DNA of 41,643 nt from Candidatus Woesearchaeota archaeon. Lineage in GTDB: Archaea > Nanobdellota > Nanobdellia > Woesearchaeales > WJKV01. Position numbers and translations under genes: made by a program. The stretch covers positions 1 through 41,643 of the forward strand of contig JAHWHI010000014.1 of assembly GCA_019323355.1 (NCBI GenBank). Reading direction: 5' to 3'. Shown here in pieces: positions 15,964 to 24,209 of this stretch (the stretch's first letter is position 1; each line of letters starts with the position of its first letter). The notes below the pieces were generated by a model. That model did no database searches. It saw nothing but the letters and a program-made list of their open reading frames with translations, and was not told the origin of the DNA.

Positions 15964-18900
15964 TTTTCTTCAAACAATCTGGATCCCTTATGATAAGCTG
16001 CTCCTTTTTATTAGTGTTTTGATATAATGTTTTTAAATCCAGACTCTTGCCGTCTTTTGTTATCTTGAATGTTAAATCCTTGCCAGCATAACCGACAAGT
16101 TCTCCTTTTGCAATGTTCCCTGCTTTTCTTGCTCTTCTGATGCCTTCAAAGGTTGTAGTATATCCATTTGGATGTTTGATCTCCAGACCAGAATCTCCCT
16201 TCACTGAAACTTCCCCGCTTTCAGGAGAAACAATCTTTTGATTTTCTGCACTGATCTTGACTTCTTTCAAACCATCTATGCATTTGCTGATGGCTTTTGT
16301 GTCAGCTGGCCAAATAAACATATCCTCGACTGGAAAGCCACGGCACATGCTGAACTCGTCATCCCAATCACAATTGATATTGCACGGGTCCAACAGGCAT
16401 TGCTCTTTGTTTGGATATTCTGAGCAACTCATGCTAGATCCACAGGATTCACAAGAATCCCCGACAACCCATTCTGCGACTGTCCGTGAAGCTGAGATTC
16501 CCAGTGCAGGACTTATCAGGTATGTGCCAGCTTCTGATATTGCTGTTGCAGTAGGTTTTCTTGATGCATACTGCCAATAACAATTGTTTCCGCACGCATC
16601 AATATCACAATATTTTCTATCCGGATAGTCACAACCAGAAACATCTGTCAGGCAGGTGTCATACAAAGATCCTTTCGGGTTGATACCGGGTGCAAGAGTT
16701 TTATCATAATCTTTTATACGAACCACTGTCTTTGCTGATAAAGTATAACGATATCGTGCAACTGATTTTATGTAGTATGGAGTGACATCAACACCAGTAA
16801 GGATTGCATTTGGGTTTACAGCTTCTATACGGCAGTTGAATGTCCTGAAATTTTCAATGTTAGTATCCAGAGGTTTTTTCAGTCCGTACTCAACTTCGTT
16901 TGTCTTTGGAAGGTCAGCCACTTTTACAAATTCTGGAGTGCATCCTTCTGCCATCTTGAAAACATTCGGCATTATGACACTGATATTATGGATGGCTGTT
17001 ATCTTTCCGTTCCTCCACTGATTCTTCAGTGTGACACCCATTGCAGCGCCCCTGTCCTGGGCAATGATTGCTCCGGTTATTCCTTCAAAACCGAGTGTTG
17101 CTGCTGCTGTCGGCATTTCCTCCTCATATCCAGCACCAATTGCTCCTGACTGGACAGCTATAACAGAACCCTCTGAAAAACCAACTCCAACCATCACTGG
17201 TCCTGGAGTGTACTGGGCTTCTGGTTCTGGAATCCCTTTTGCTTGCAGGACGGTCTCTCCCTGTCTCTGGAATTCAAGTTTTAGTTCCCGGTCAACAAAA
17301 TATGCTTTGTAGTATCCGACTGTTATGAAATCAAAGTCTGCTTTGAACTCTACTTTTTTAGCTCCTGGCTCTAACGGAGTGAAGTCACAATCAACACGCT
17401 CTCCTCCAAATACCAAGTCAGAGAAATTCGCACGCTGAGGATAGACCCTGCCGACACCTTCTCCTTCTATCTCACAGGACAGGTCAATGACGCATTCTGC
17501 AAGATTCTCCTTTCCAGAGCAGATATCTGAAGCCAATGAGTTTCCGCTCAACTCTGCTGTGACTGATGCAGGAATCCCACGTTCGAATGTAATATCTCCC
17601 ACTTTGCTTGGAGCTAACTTGACACCGTAATTCTTATCTTTAGAGGCGTCGACTGTTGCTGTGAAAGCGTCTCCTGTTGCCAGCGCGACCTGCTCACCCC
17701 ACCAGTCTTTTGCCCATTGCATTGGACGTATATCTTCTGCCCAGATCTCAACTTTTTTCTGCTGGAAAGCAACGTCAATGATTCCAGTCTCGTATAGATT
17801 ATTAGCATATTTTCCGACTGGAACCTGGAAGTAAACCATCCCAGCGACAACCAGGATTATCATTATCATTGCATAAGCAATATTGTGGAGCTCGAGGCCT
17901 TCGCCTTTTTTCAGCTCGCGCAATTCTCTTCTCTTTGGGTTGAAAATGTAATCCAGAATGTAAATTATCGGTACGCAGATCACATACGTTGGAATCAAAT
18001 CTGCGCCTGGAATAAACTCTATAACAACAGGGATGAAAGCAAAAAGGTAAGTGTAGGGAGTTCCGCCCATAGATCTTCCAATCAAATACCCTGTGATTGG
18101 TTCTGCGATATCTCCGATTCCAGGAACTGCAAGACCGACATAATCTAAAGCGTCACTGATGATCGCGATTATCATCGCAAGCCAGAAATGCACTGGAAGC
18201 TCTTTTGTCAGCTGGCCGATACGCTGCCTTTTAGAGATTGCCTCTGCTCTTCTCGAGGCTGAGACTGCCTCTCTTCTTTCTTCTCGAGCTTCTTCAGCTT
18301 CTCTTTCTGCAATTTTCAATTCTCCTTTCTGGATCTGGGCTGCCTCTTTCACAGCCTCTGTCTTTGCAGCCTCTTTTGCTGCTGTCTCTTTTGCAGCCAC
18401 TGTCCCGGCTTTCTCGCTTGCAAATATTTTTGCAAAATCTCCAAGCTTGCTTCCTACTGTAGAGACGCGTTCTCCGAATGTGGGGCCTGGTGCGCCTGCA
18501 TAAGCAGGTTCATAATATTCATACGCAGAAACTTCTGATGCTGCATATCTTCCCCTTCCAAACGGCTTGAACTTTGCAAAGAATGGAAGCACTAGATGAT
18601 ATATCAGATAGATGTGCAATGCTCCGAAACCAAAGAACATCAGGACCAAAACAAATGTAATAATATTCTGCTTGAAAACTTCTCTGAAAGATTCACTGTC
18701 CATCGACCTGTAGCTGACAAATACAAATACGAACAGGCCGAATATCCAGAATACTTTGTTATCATGAAGAATATCCAAAGGAAAGTATTGTGAAAGATAA
18801 GCCTGCGCTCTAGGAAACTGCGCAAAGACAACTGCGAAAAGCGCAGCAACAAAGAAGACAGCAACATCTTTTGCATCCCCTTGTTTTTCTGGAATCATGC

Positions 18901-19177
18901 CGAAAGGATCTCCTTCTCCACGCGCGAGCCTGTGCTCGTGGAACTCGACCTTTACCCAGTGAAGCGGAATTATTGCGAGAAGAGCCCAGGGCGAGATAAA
19001 AACCGCAACCATCACATAGACCATCCAGTTGCCTGGCTGTTTAAGCGGATTCTTATGGCCTGGATCTGCAGCGAGAATAAACAAAACAAGACGGATAATT
19101 ACTAATACACCTATAAGAGAAGTTGCAACACCTGGTATTGGAAGGTATAGATTGATAAATTCATCGACAGTCCCCAT
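15932..19177 (-). CDS. 1081-aa polytopic membrane protein with a cytoplasmic coiled-coil loop, a large Cys-rich ectodomain and a C-terminal degenerate LytM/M23-like domain
   Basis: ATG with GGGGAT SD. About 9 hydrophobic helices in the first ~450 aa are interrupted by an A/E/K/R coiled-coil (~18225-18425). The remaining ~600 aa are beta-rich with many Cys. No confident family assignment. Confidence 0.75.
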   Translation of the reverse strand: MGTVDEFINLYLPIPGVATSLIGVLVIIRLVLFILAADPGHKNPLKQPGNWMVYVMVAVFISPWALLAIIPLHWVKVEFHEHRLARGEGDPFGMIPEKQGDAKDVAVFFVAALFAVVFAQFPRAQAYLSQYFPLDILHDNKVFWIFGLFVFVFVSYRSMDSESFREVFKQNIITFVLVLMFFGFGALHIYLIYHLVLPFFAKFKPFGRGRYAASEVSAYEYYEPAYAGAPGPTFGERVSTVGSKLGDFAKIFASEKAGTVAAKETAAKEAAKTEAVKEAAQIQKGELKIAEREAEEAREERREAVSASRRAEAISKRQRIGQLTKELPVHFWLAMIIAIISDALDYVGLAVPGIGDIAEPITGYLIGRSMGGTPYTYLFAFIPVVIEFIPGADLIPTYVICVPIIYILDYIFNPKRRELRELKKGEGLELHNIAYAMIMIILVVAGMVYFQVPVGKYANNLYETGIIDVAFQQKKVEIWAEDIRPMQWAKDWWGEQVALATGDAFTATVDASKDKNYGVKLAPSKVGDITFERGIPASVTAELSGNSLASDICSGKENLAECVIDLSCEIEGEGVGRVYPQRANFSDLVFGGERVDCDFTPLEPGAKKVEFKADFDFITVGYYKAYFVDRELKLEFQRQGETVLQAKGIPEPEAQYTPGPVMVGVGFSEGSVIAVQSGAIGAGYEEEMPTAAATLGFEGITGAIIAQDRGAAMGVTLKNQWRNGKITAIHNISVIMPNVFKMAEGCTPEFVKVADLPKTNEVEYGLKKPLDTNIENFRTFNCRIEAVNPNAILTGVDVTPYYIKSVARYRYTLSAKTVVRIKDYDKTLAPGINPKGSLYDTCLTDVSGCDYPDRKYCDIDACGNNCYWQYASRKPTATAISEAGTYLISPALGISASRTVAEWVVGDSCESCGSSMSCSEYPNKEQCLLDPCNINCDWDDEFSMCRGFPVEDMFIWPADTKAISKCIDGLKEVKISAENQKIVSPESGEVSVKGDSGLEIKHPNGYTTTFEGIRRARKAGNIAKGELVGYAGKDLTFKITKDGKSLDLKTLYQNTNKKEQLIIRDPDCLKKNEPQTNITSI

Positions 19178-19208
19178 AATCTAAGATCCCCTTTTTTGAT
19201 AGAGCTGT

Positions 19209-20417
19209 TCAGCTCTCGATTTCTATTGTGATTTCAAGACCTGTTACATCAATCCCACTGCTACGAGGGACAAGCTTGATTGCATTGGTTCCATCAATCA
19301 AGTAATCGTCAATCTCCTGTGAGAACACCTCTCCGCGCTCTCCAATGTGGATTGTCCTACCGTTAATGTAAACATCAAGATTCTTGAACTCTGGGCTTAC
19401 AAAACTTAAATAGAGCATTGCAAGCACATCATCCTCTTCCTGGATCTCATAAAGATCCTCCTCTTCAAGCTCAAAGTAGTAAGTAGGAGCAATTGGTTCT
19501 TTGAAACTTTGTATTATCTGGATATTATCAACAATGTAATTTCCCGTTGTTGTCTTGAAAGTAAGGTCATTCTCGCCAGTCATCAGCTTATCTGGCAGGA
19601 AGTCGATCACTACAGGAGATCCGCATAACGGAATTGTTTTTGAAAGCAATTGGTTGTTCACCAATATCTCAAGCGGACCGACATTTCCAGGGCTACACTC
19701 TGGAAGATATTTTAAAGTTAATTTCTTGGTATTCAAAAGATCGTCAGTAGTGATGATGAACTTGTTTGTGCTTGACAATTTAGATATGTCGCGGACATCA
19801 CCAGTTATCTGGATAGTTTCCAGGAGATAGCTGTTTGTCGCCCAGAATCTTATTCCTGGACTGCTCACCCTAAACTCAAGAACATTCTCTCTCTGCAACA
19901 GTTGCCTTGGTATCTCGACCGGCGGATTTGTAGGCTGGGATAGCTCACTGTTGAAGATCTGCTTTCCGTTCATGAAAATTATCAATCTGCCAGAATACTT
20001 TTTTGCATTGAATGACAACAAGATACTGTCAGTATTATCTGGATCAGCAAGTATAAAATGGAAAGTGTCTGGCTCTGCACTGAACAGACTGCGTTCAGTA
20101 TAGATAGAAGCTGCTCTTGCAAGCTGTTTGCTCTTAACTTCTGAAGACAGGAATGAAGCAGGAAGGTACAGCCTGTTCTGGGTTGCTGTAAGAGTGTCAA
20201 GCCTTCCAGGTGTTTTTGATAGTAAGATGTATCCGCCCATTGAAGGGATTGTAGGAGTTGTAGGCTGAAAACCTGAAGGTCCTTCTGTGCCTTCCAACAG
20301 CTCTGTCCGATGTTCTGGCGGGACAAGCAAGATATAAAGAATTATTACAACTGCAATCAAAGCAACTAGTGCTGCTGCTCCGCTTCCAGCATCACCTCTT
20401 CTATTCTTTCTAACCAT
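19209..20417 (-). CDS. N-terminally anchored protein with three ~95-aa internal repeats (beta-sandwich-like)
   Basis: ATG 20417 is preceded by GGTGA (the ORF-track GTG is at 20426). It has a basic N-terminus plus a hydrophobic helix (AAALVALIAVVIILYILLV), then three repeats sharing L-x-L-x-[FY]...L-x-[IV]-x-[VM]-N-[GN]...G-x-N-x-[LI]...I-x-I. Confidence 0.7.
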   Translation of the reverse strand: MVRKNRRGDAGSGAAALVALIAVVIILYILLVPPEHRTELLEGTEGPSGFQPTTPTIPSMGGYILLSKTPGRLDTLTATQNRLYLPASFLSSEVKSKQLARAASIYTERSLFSAEPDTFHFILADPDNTDSILLSFNAKKYSGRLIIFMNGKQIFNSELSQPTNPPVEIPRQLLQRENVLEFRVSSPGIRFWATNSYLLETIQITGDVRDISKLSSTNKFIITTDDLLNTKKLTLKYLPECSPGNVGPLEILVNNQLLSKTIPLCGSPVVIDFLPDKLMTGENDLTFKTTTGNYIVDNIQIIQSFKEPIAPTYYFELEEEDLYEIQEEDDVLAMLYLSFVSPEFKNLDVYINGRTIHIGERGEVFSQEIDDYLIDGTNAIKLVPRSSGIDVTGLEITIEIES

Positions 20418-20442
20418 AACGCTCACCTGCTGACAAATAATA

Positions 20443-20512
20443 CCTATTTATATATAAAACCATCTATTTTATAAAGGGACGGTTAAAAAACCAGGGCAAA
20501 TATATATAAACA
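20443..20512. promoter_or_regulatory. Divergent promoter region between the envelope operon and pelota
   Basis: Three TATA-like boxes: TATTTATATATAAAA (20445-20459), TTTATAAAGGG (20468-20478) and AAATATATATAAAC (20498-20511). The outer two lie ~25-35 nt from the respective ATGs. Confidence 0.4.
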
Positions 20513-20532
20513 GCCCGGGATTCTGGTTCTTT

Positions 20533-21570
20533 ATGAAAATCATACGCAAAGACCTAAAAAATGGCGAAATCAAATTCAGGATCACTAATCTAGATGACTT
20601 GTGGTTCCTGAGCCATATGATTGAATCTGGAGATTTGATTAAAGGCAAGACTACCCGGAAGATCAAGGTCGGAGCAGACCAGAAGGATGTTGCGAAAAAA
20701 ACATTTTTCCTGGCAATAGAAGTTGAGAAGATAGATTTCCAGCCGAATGTTCTCAGAGTATCTGGTATCATCAAATCCGGACCAGATGAAATCACCCTAG
20801 GTTCGCATCAAAGTTTCAGCCTGGAGCTGAATTCAGAAGCAACACTTGTAAAAGAAAAATGGATGAAACACCAGCTGCAAAAACTTGACGATGCTGTGAA
20901 AGAAAGAGCAGAAATACTTATCTGTGCACTTGACCGGGAGAGTGCAGGTTTTGCTTTGATGAAACCACAAGGATATTCCATGATATCAGAAATAGAGGGA
21001 CAGGTCGAGAAGAAAGGATATGAACAGACTTCTGTTGACTTCTATGCAGAGATTGTGAAAAAACTTCAAGAATATTCTGAGAGATACAAGCCGACCAAGA
21101 TCATTGTTGCAAGCCCTGCTGTCTGGCGAGAGAACATAAGTGCAAAGATCCCTGCTGACATGAAAAAGAAAGTCCTGTTCGCGACATGCGCCAGCGGCGG
21201 AAAGAGGGGCATTGATGAAGTCCTGAAAAGCGACGAACTCAAGTCTGCACTAAAAGAGGATAGAACAACAAAAGAAGTCTCGCTTGTCGAGGACCTGCTT
21301 TCAGAGATATCAAAGAATGGAAAAGCAAGCTATGGTTTTGATGCAATCAAAGGTTGTGTTGAAGCAGGAGCTGTTGAGACATTGCTTATTGTAGACAAGT
21401 TTCTTTTTGAGAGCAAAGAAAAAGGAAATTATACAAAGATAGACAAGCTAATGCAGAAGACAGAACAGATGCAGGGAAATGTCTTTATCATAAGCTATGA
21501 GCACGAAGCAGGAAAAAAATTATACGGATTAGGCGGGATGGGAGCCTTGCTCAGATATAAAATAGATTAA
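20533..21570 (+). CDS. pelA: Pelota (mRNA surveillance / ribosome rescue factor)
   Basis: N-terminal Sm-like DLWFLSHMIESGDLI plus central and eRF1-like C-terminal domains (ATCASGGKRG, VETLLI, GGMGALLRY). Confidence 0.9.
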   Translation: MKIIRKDLKNGEIKFRITNLDDLWFLSHMIESGDLIKGKTTRKIKVGADQKDVAKKTFFLAIEVEKIDFQPNVLRVSGIIKSGPDEITLGSHQSFSLELNSEATLVKEKWMKHQLQKLDDAVKERAEILICALDRESAGFALMKPQGYSMISEIEGQVEKKGYEQTSVDFYAEIVKKLQEYSERYKPTKIIVASPAVWRENISAKIPADMKKKVLFATCASGGKRGIDEVLKSDELKSALKEDRTTKEVSLVEDLLSEISKNGKASYGFDAIKGCVEAGAVETLLIVDKFLFESKEKGNYTKIDKLMQKTEQMQGNVFIISYEHEAGKKLYGLGGMGALLRYKID

Positions 21571-21759
21571 ATCCCTCGACGACATAAAAATTTGTTATCA
21601 CTTGAAATCTAAACATTTATATATAAGGAAGGTTTTCTTTGACTACTATTAAGAGGGGATTGGGTGACGTATTTTTGCGTATTTTTTGTCCACTCTTAAG
21701 AAGTGAACGTTTTTGGTTTTATGTTCACAGAAAAAAAACGAGGGGGTTGATTGGGTAAA

Positions 21760-22578
21760 ATGATTGTGAAAGATGACTTTTTAAGCAAATTGCGACGTTA
21801 TTTCTGTTTGAATTTATACGAAGTGAAGATATGGACTGCATTGTTATCTCGTGGAGTGAGCACTGCTGGCGAGCTATCAGATATTGCTAACGTTCCTAGA
21901 TCCAGAAGCTATGATGTTCTGGAGAGCCTAGAGAAAAAAGGATTTGTCGTTAATAAACTTGGAAAACCAATCAAGTATATTGCAATCCCTCCAAAAGAAG
22001 TTGTTGAGCGGGTCAAGAAAAATCTTCAGTCTGATGCTGATGATAAAGTCAAACGACTAAATGACCTTAAAGGTTCAGAAGTATTGAACGAGCTTAATGT
22101 ATTGCATACCCAAGGTATCGAGCTTGTGGAACCTACTGATCTTTCTGGAAATCTTAGAGGAAGGCATAACTTATACGACCACCTTGAACTGACAATCAAG
22201 AACGCAGAGAAGTCAGTCACATTGATGACAACATCAGAAGGATTGATCAGAAAAGTAGATGCTTTGAAATCAGTCTTTGAGAAGCTGAAGAAACGCGGTG
22301 TCACAATCAGAATAGCAGCACCATTGACAAAAGAATGCAAGGATGCTATCAAAGACATCAAGAATTTCGCAGAAGTCAGAAACGTGAAAAAGCTGAATGC
22401 TAGATTCTGTGTTGTGGATGGAAAAGAGCTGACATTCATGGTGATGAATGATACAGAAGTTCATCCAACATACGATATAGGTATCTGGGTCAACACACCT
22501 TTCTTTGCAAATGCTCTTGACAGCATGTTCGATATGGCATGGAAAGACATGACTCCTGCTGCAAAAGTTCTGAAATAG
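21760..22578 (+). CDS. TrmB-family transcriptional regulator
   Basis: N-terminal wHTH LNLYEVKIWTALLSRGVSTAGELSDIANVPRSRSYDVLESLEKKGFV plus a C-terminal TrmB-type effector-like domain. ATG at 21760 (TTG at 21751 in the ORF track). Confidence 0.85.
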   Translation: MIVKDDFLSKLRRYFCLNLYEVKIWTALLSRGVSTAGELSDIANVPRSRSYDVLESLEKKGFVVNKLGKPIKYIAIPPKEVVERVKKNLQSDADDKVKRLNDLKGSEVLNELNVLHTQGIELVEPTDLSGNLRGRHNLYDHLELTIKNAEKSVTLMTTSEGLIRKVDALKSVFEKLKKRGVTIRIAAPLTKECKDAIKDIKNFAEVRNVKKLNARFCVVDGKELTFMVMNDTEVHPTYDIGIWVNTPFFANALDSMFDMAWKDMTPAAKVLK

Positions 22579-22581
22579 AGC

Positions 22582-22599
22582 TTTTTCTTTTTATTTTTT
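22582..22599 (+). terminator. Oligo-T tract terminator candidate after the TrmB-family gene
   Basis: T5-C-T5-A-T6 begins 4 nt after the stop codon. Archaeal RNAP terminates at oligo-T runs. Confidence 0.35.
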
Positions 22600-22665
22600 C
22601 TGATATTCTCCTAATAAATATCGACCAAAAGCCTTAAATACAAATATCCTTTCAAATGAGGTATA

Positions 22666-24201
22666 ATGGAAGCTAAAAAGCTCGCTGAAATACTACATCC
22701 ATTAGAGAGGAAAGTACTGCCTCTTCTATCTAAGACTAGCTCTTTTTCTGATCTGGTTGCAAAATCTGGGTTAAAGGATGTAGAAGTGATGCGGGCACTG
22801 CAGTGGATGCAGAACAAAAAGATAATCAATCTTAAAGAGGATGTAAAACAGGTTGTCTCTCTTGACAAGAATGGCAAGGAATACCTTTCCAAGGGCCTGC
22901 CTGAGATGAGGTTCCTCAAAGCTTTGAAAAAAGATGCGCAGGACATTGACGCTGTCAGCAAGAAAGCAGGCATAGACAAAGGTGAGCTAAATATCTGCCT
23001 GGGCATGTTAAAGAAGAAGGCTGCGATCAGCATTGCCAAAGAAGGCAAAAACCTGAAAGTCGCGATAACAGCTCCAGGAGAGAAACTGCTCCAGAAACCA
23101 ACATTCGAAGAACAATTCCTGTCTACATTAAAGGCAGCAAGAGAAGTCTCTTCATTAAGCCCAGAAGAGAAGTTCGCGTTTGACAATCTTAAATCTAGAA
23201 AAGAGATAATCAAAGTCGAGACCATGAAGATAAAATCAGCAGAGCTGACAGAGCTTGGAAAGGATGTCGCGAAACAGAAGATGGATACAACAGTTATCGA
23301 CAGGCTCACGCCAAAACTTCTGGCAGGGAATGCCTGGAAAGGCAAATCTTTCAGACGGTATGATGTAAAGATCAATGTTCCGCAGATATCTGGCGGAAGA
23401 AGACATTTCACAAATGTTGCACGTGATTATGCTAAACATATCTGGATGAACATGGGTTTCAAGGAGATGACTGGCGGCCTTGTCGCTACAAGCTTCTGGA
23501 ATTTCGATGCATTGTTCACTGCACAGGATCATCCTGTCAGAGATCTCCAGGATACTTTTTTCATCAAGAATCCAAAATCAGGCAAACTACCAGATAAGAA
23601 ATTGATTGATAAAATAAAAAAAGCGCACGAATCTGGTACAAAAGGAAGCATTGGCTGGCGTTATAGCTGGAATCCAGAAGAAGCCAAGAAAAATGTGCTT
23701 AGGACGCATACAACTGTACTTAGTGCACAGACAATTGCACAACTAAAAGAATCTGACCTGCCTGCGAAATATTTCGCGCTCGGCAGATGCTTCAGGAACG
23801 AGACAATGGATTGGTCACACTTATTCGAGCTGAACCAGACAGAGGGAATTGTCATTGACCCTGATGCGAATTTCAGGCATCTCCTGGGTTATCTGAAACA
23901 ATTCTTCAAACAGATGGGTTTTGCAGACGCAAGATTCAGACCTGCACATTTCCCGTACACTGAGCCTTCTGTTGAGATAGATGTACTGCATCCTGTCCGC
24001 AAAGAATGGTACGAGCTAGGTGGTGCTGGCATCTTCAGGCCAGAGGTTGTAGAGCCATTGCTTGGAAAGTTTGTCCCGATACTAGCGTGGGGTCCTGGTT
24101 TTGACCGAATAATCCTAGAATATTTCAAGATAAATGATATCAGAGAGCTTTACAAGAATGATATCAAACAATTAAGAGAGATAAAATACTGGATGAAATA
24201 A
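22666..24201 (+). CDS. pheS: Phenylalanine--tRNA ligase alpha subunit
   Basis: Archaeal/eukaryotic-type long N-terminus with wHTH repeats. Class II motifs: FRNETMDWSHLFELNQTEG, GAGIFRPEV, WGPGFDRI. Confidence 0.93.
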   Translation: MEAKKLAEILHPLERKVLPLLSKTSSFSDLVAKSGLKDVEVMRALQWMQNKKIINLKEDVKQVVSLDKNGKEYLSKGLPEMRFLKALKKDAQDIDAVSKKAGIDKGELNICLGMLKKKAAISIAKEGKNLKVAITAPGEKLLQKPTFEEQFLSTLKAAREVSSLSPEEKFAFDNLKSRKEIIKVETMKIKSAELTELGKDVAKQKMDTTVIDRLTPKLLAGNAWKGKSFRRYDVKINVPQISGGRRHFTNVARDYAKHIWMNMGFKEMTGGLVATSFWNFDALFTAQDHPVRDLQDTFFIKNPKSGKLPDKKLIDKIKKAHESGTKGSIGWRYSWNPEEAKKNVLRTHTTVLSAQTIAQLKESDLPAKYFALGRCFRNETMDWSHLFELNQTEGIVIDPDANFRHLLGYLKQFFKQMGFADARFRPAHFPYTEPSVEIDVLHPVRKEWYELGGAGIFRPEVVEPLLGKFVPILAWGPGFDRIILEYFKINDIRELYKNDIKQLREIKYWMK

Positions 24202-24209
24202 AAAAGAAA

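Noticed and set aside
15932-19177. Giant membrane protein as oligosaccharyltransferase AglB/STT3
   Set aside because: The multi-TM plus large C-terminal domain resembles AglB superficially. However, the diagnostic WWDYG motif is absent (only DWWGE is present), and the cytoplasmic coiled-coil loop and Cys-rich modules do not fit.
20340-20426. N-terminus RRGDAGSGAAALVALIAVVII as a class III (type IV pilin-like) signal peptide
   Set aside because: An acidic residue follows the putative RG cleavage site, and a Gly/Ser spacer precedes the hydrophobic stretch, which is atypical. No prepilin peptidase or assembly ATPase gene is nearby. It is treated as a plain signal anchor.
12894-20426. Envelope operon as a mobile or genomic island
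   Set aside because: I could see no integrase, transposase, tRNA target or flanking direct repeats. Codon and AT usage look like the surrounding genes by eye. This was not computed.
21571-21750. tRNA or other structured RNA gene in the 180-nt pelota/TrmB spacer (also 338-480, 11492-11591, 14902-14988)
   Set aside because: The sequences are AT-rich with TATA-like boxes. No cloverleaf-compatible stems or conserved T-loop (GTTCRANNC) context were found. The GTTCAC at 21723 lacks the other tRNA arms.
22611-23411. 266-aa minus-strand ORF
   Set aside because: It lies entirely antisense to pheS. Its composition is S/F/L-rich shadow-frame, it has no SD or promoter, and pheS motifs on the plus strand are unambiguous. 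The same reasoning applies to other long shadow ORFs (5519-6013, 31010-31492, 36941-37453, 37948-38451, 29914-30381, 18159-18503).
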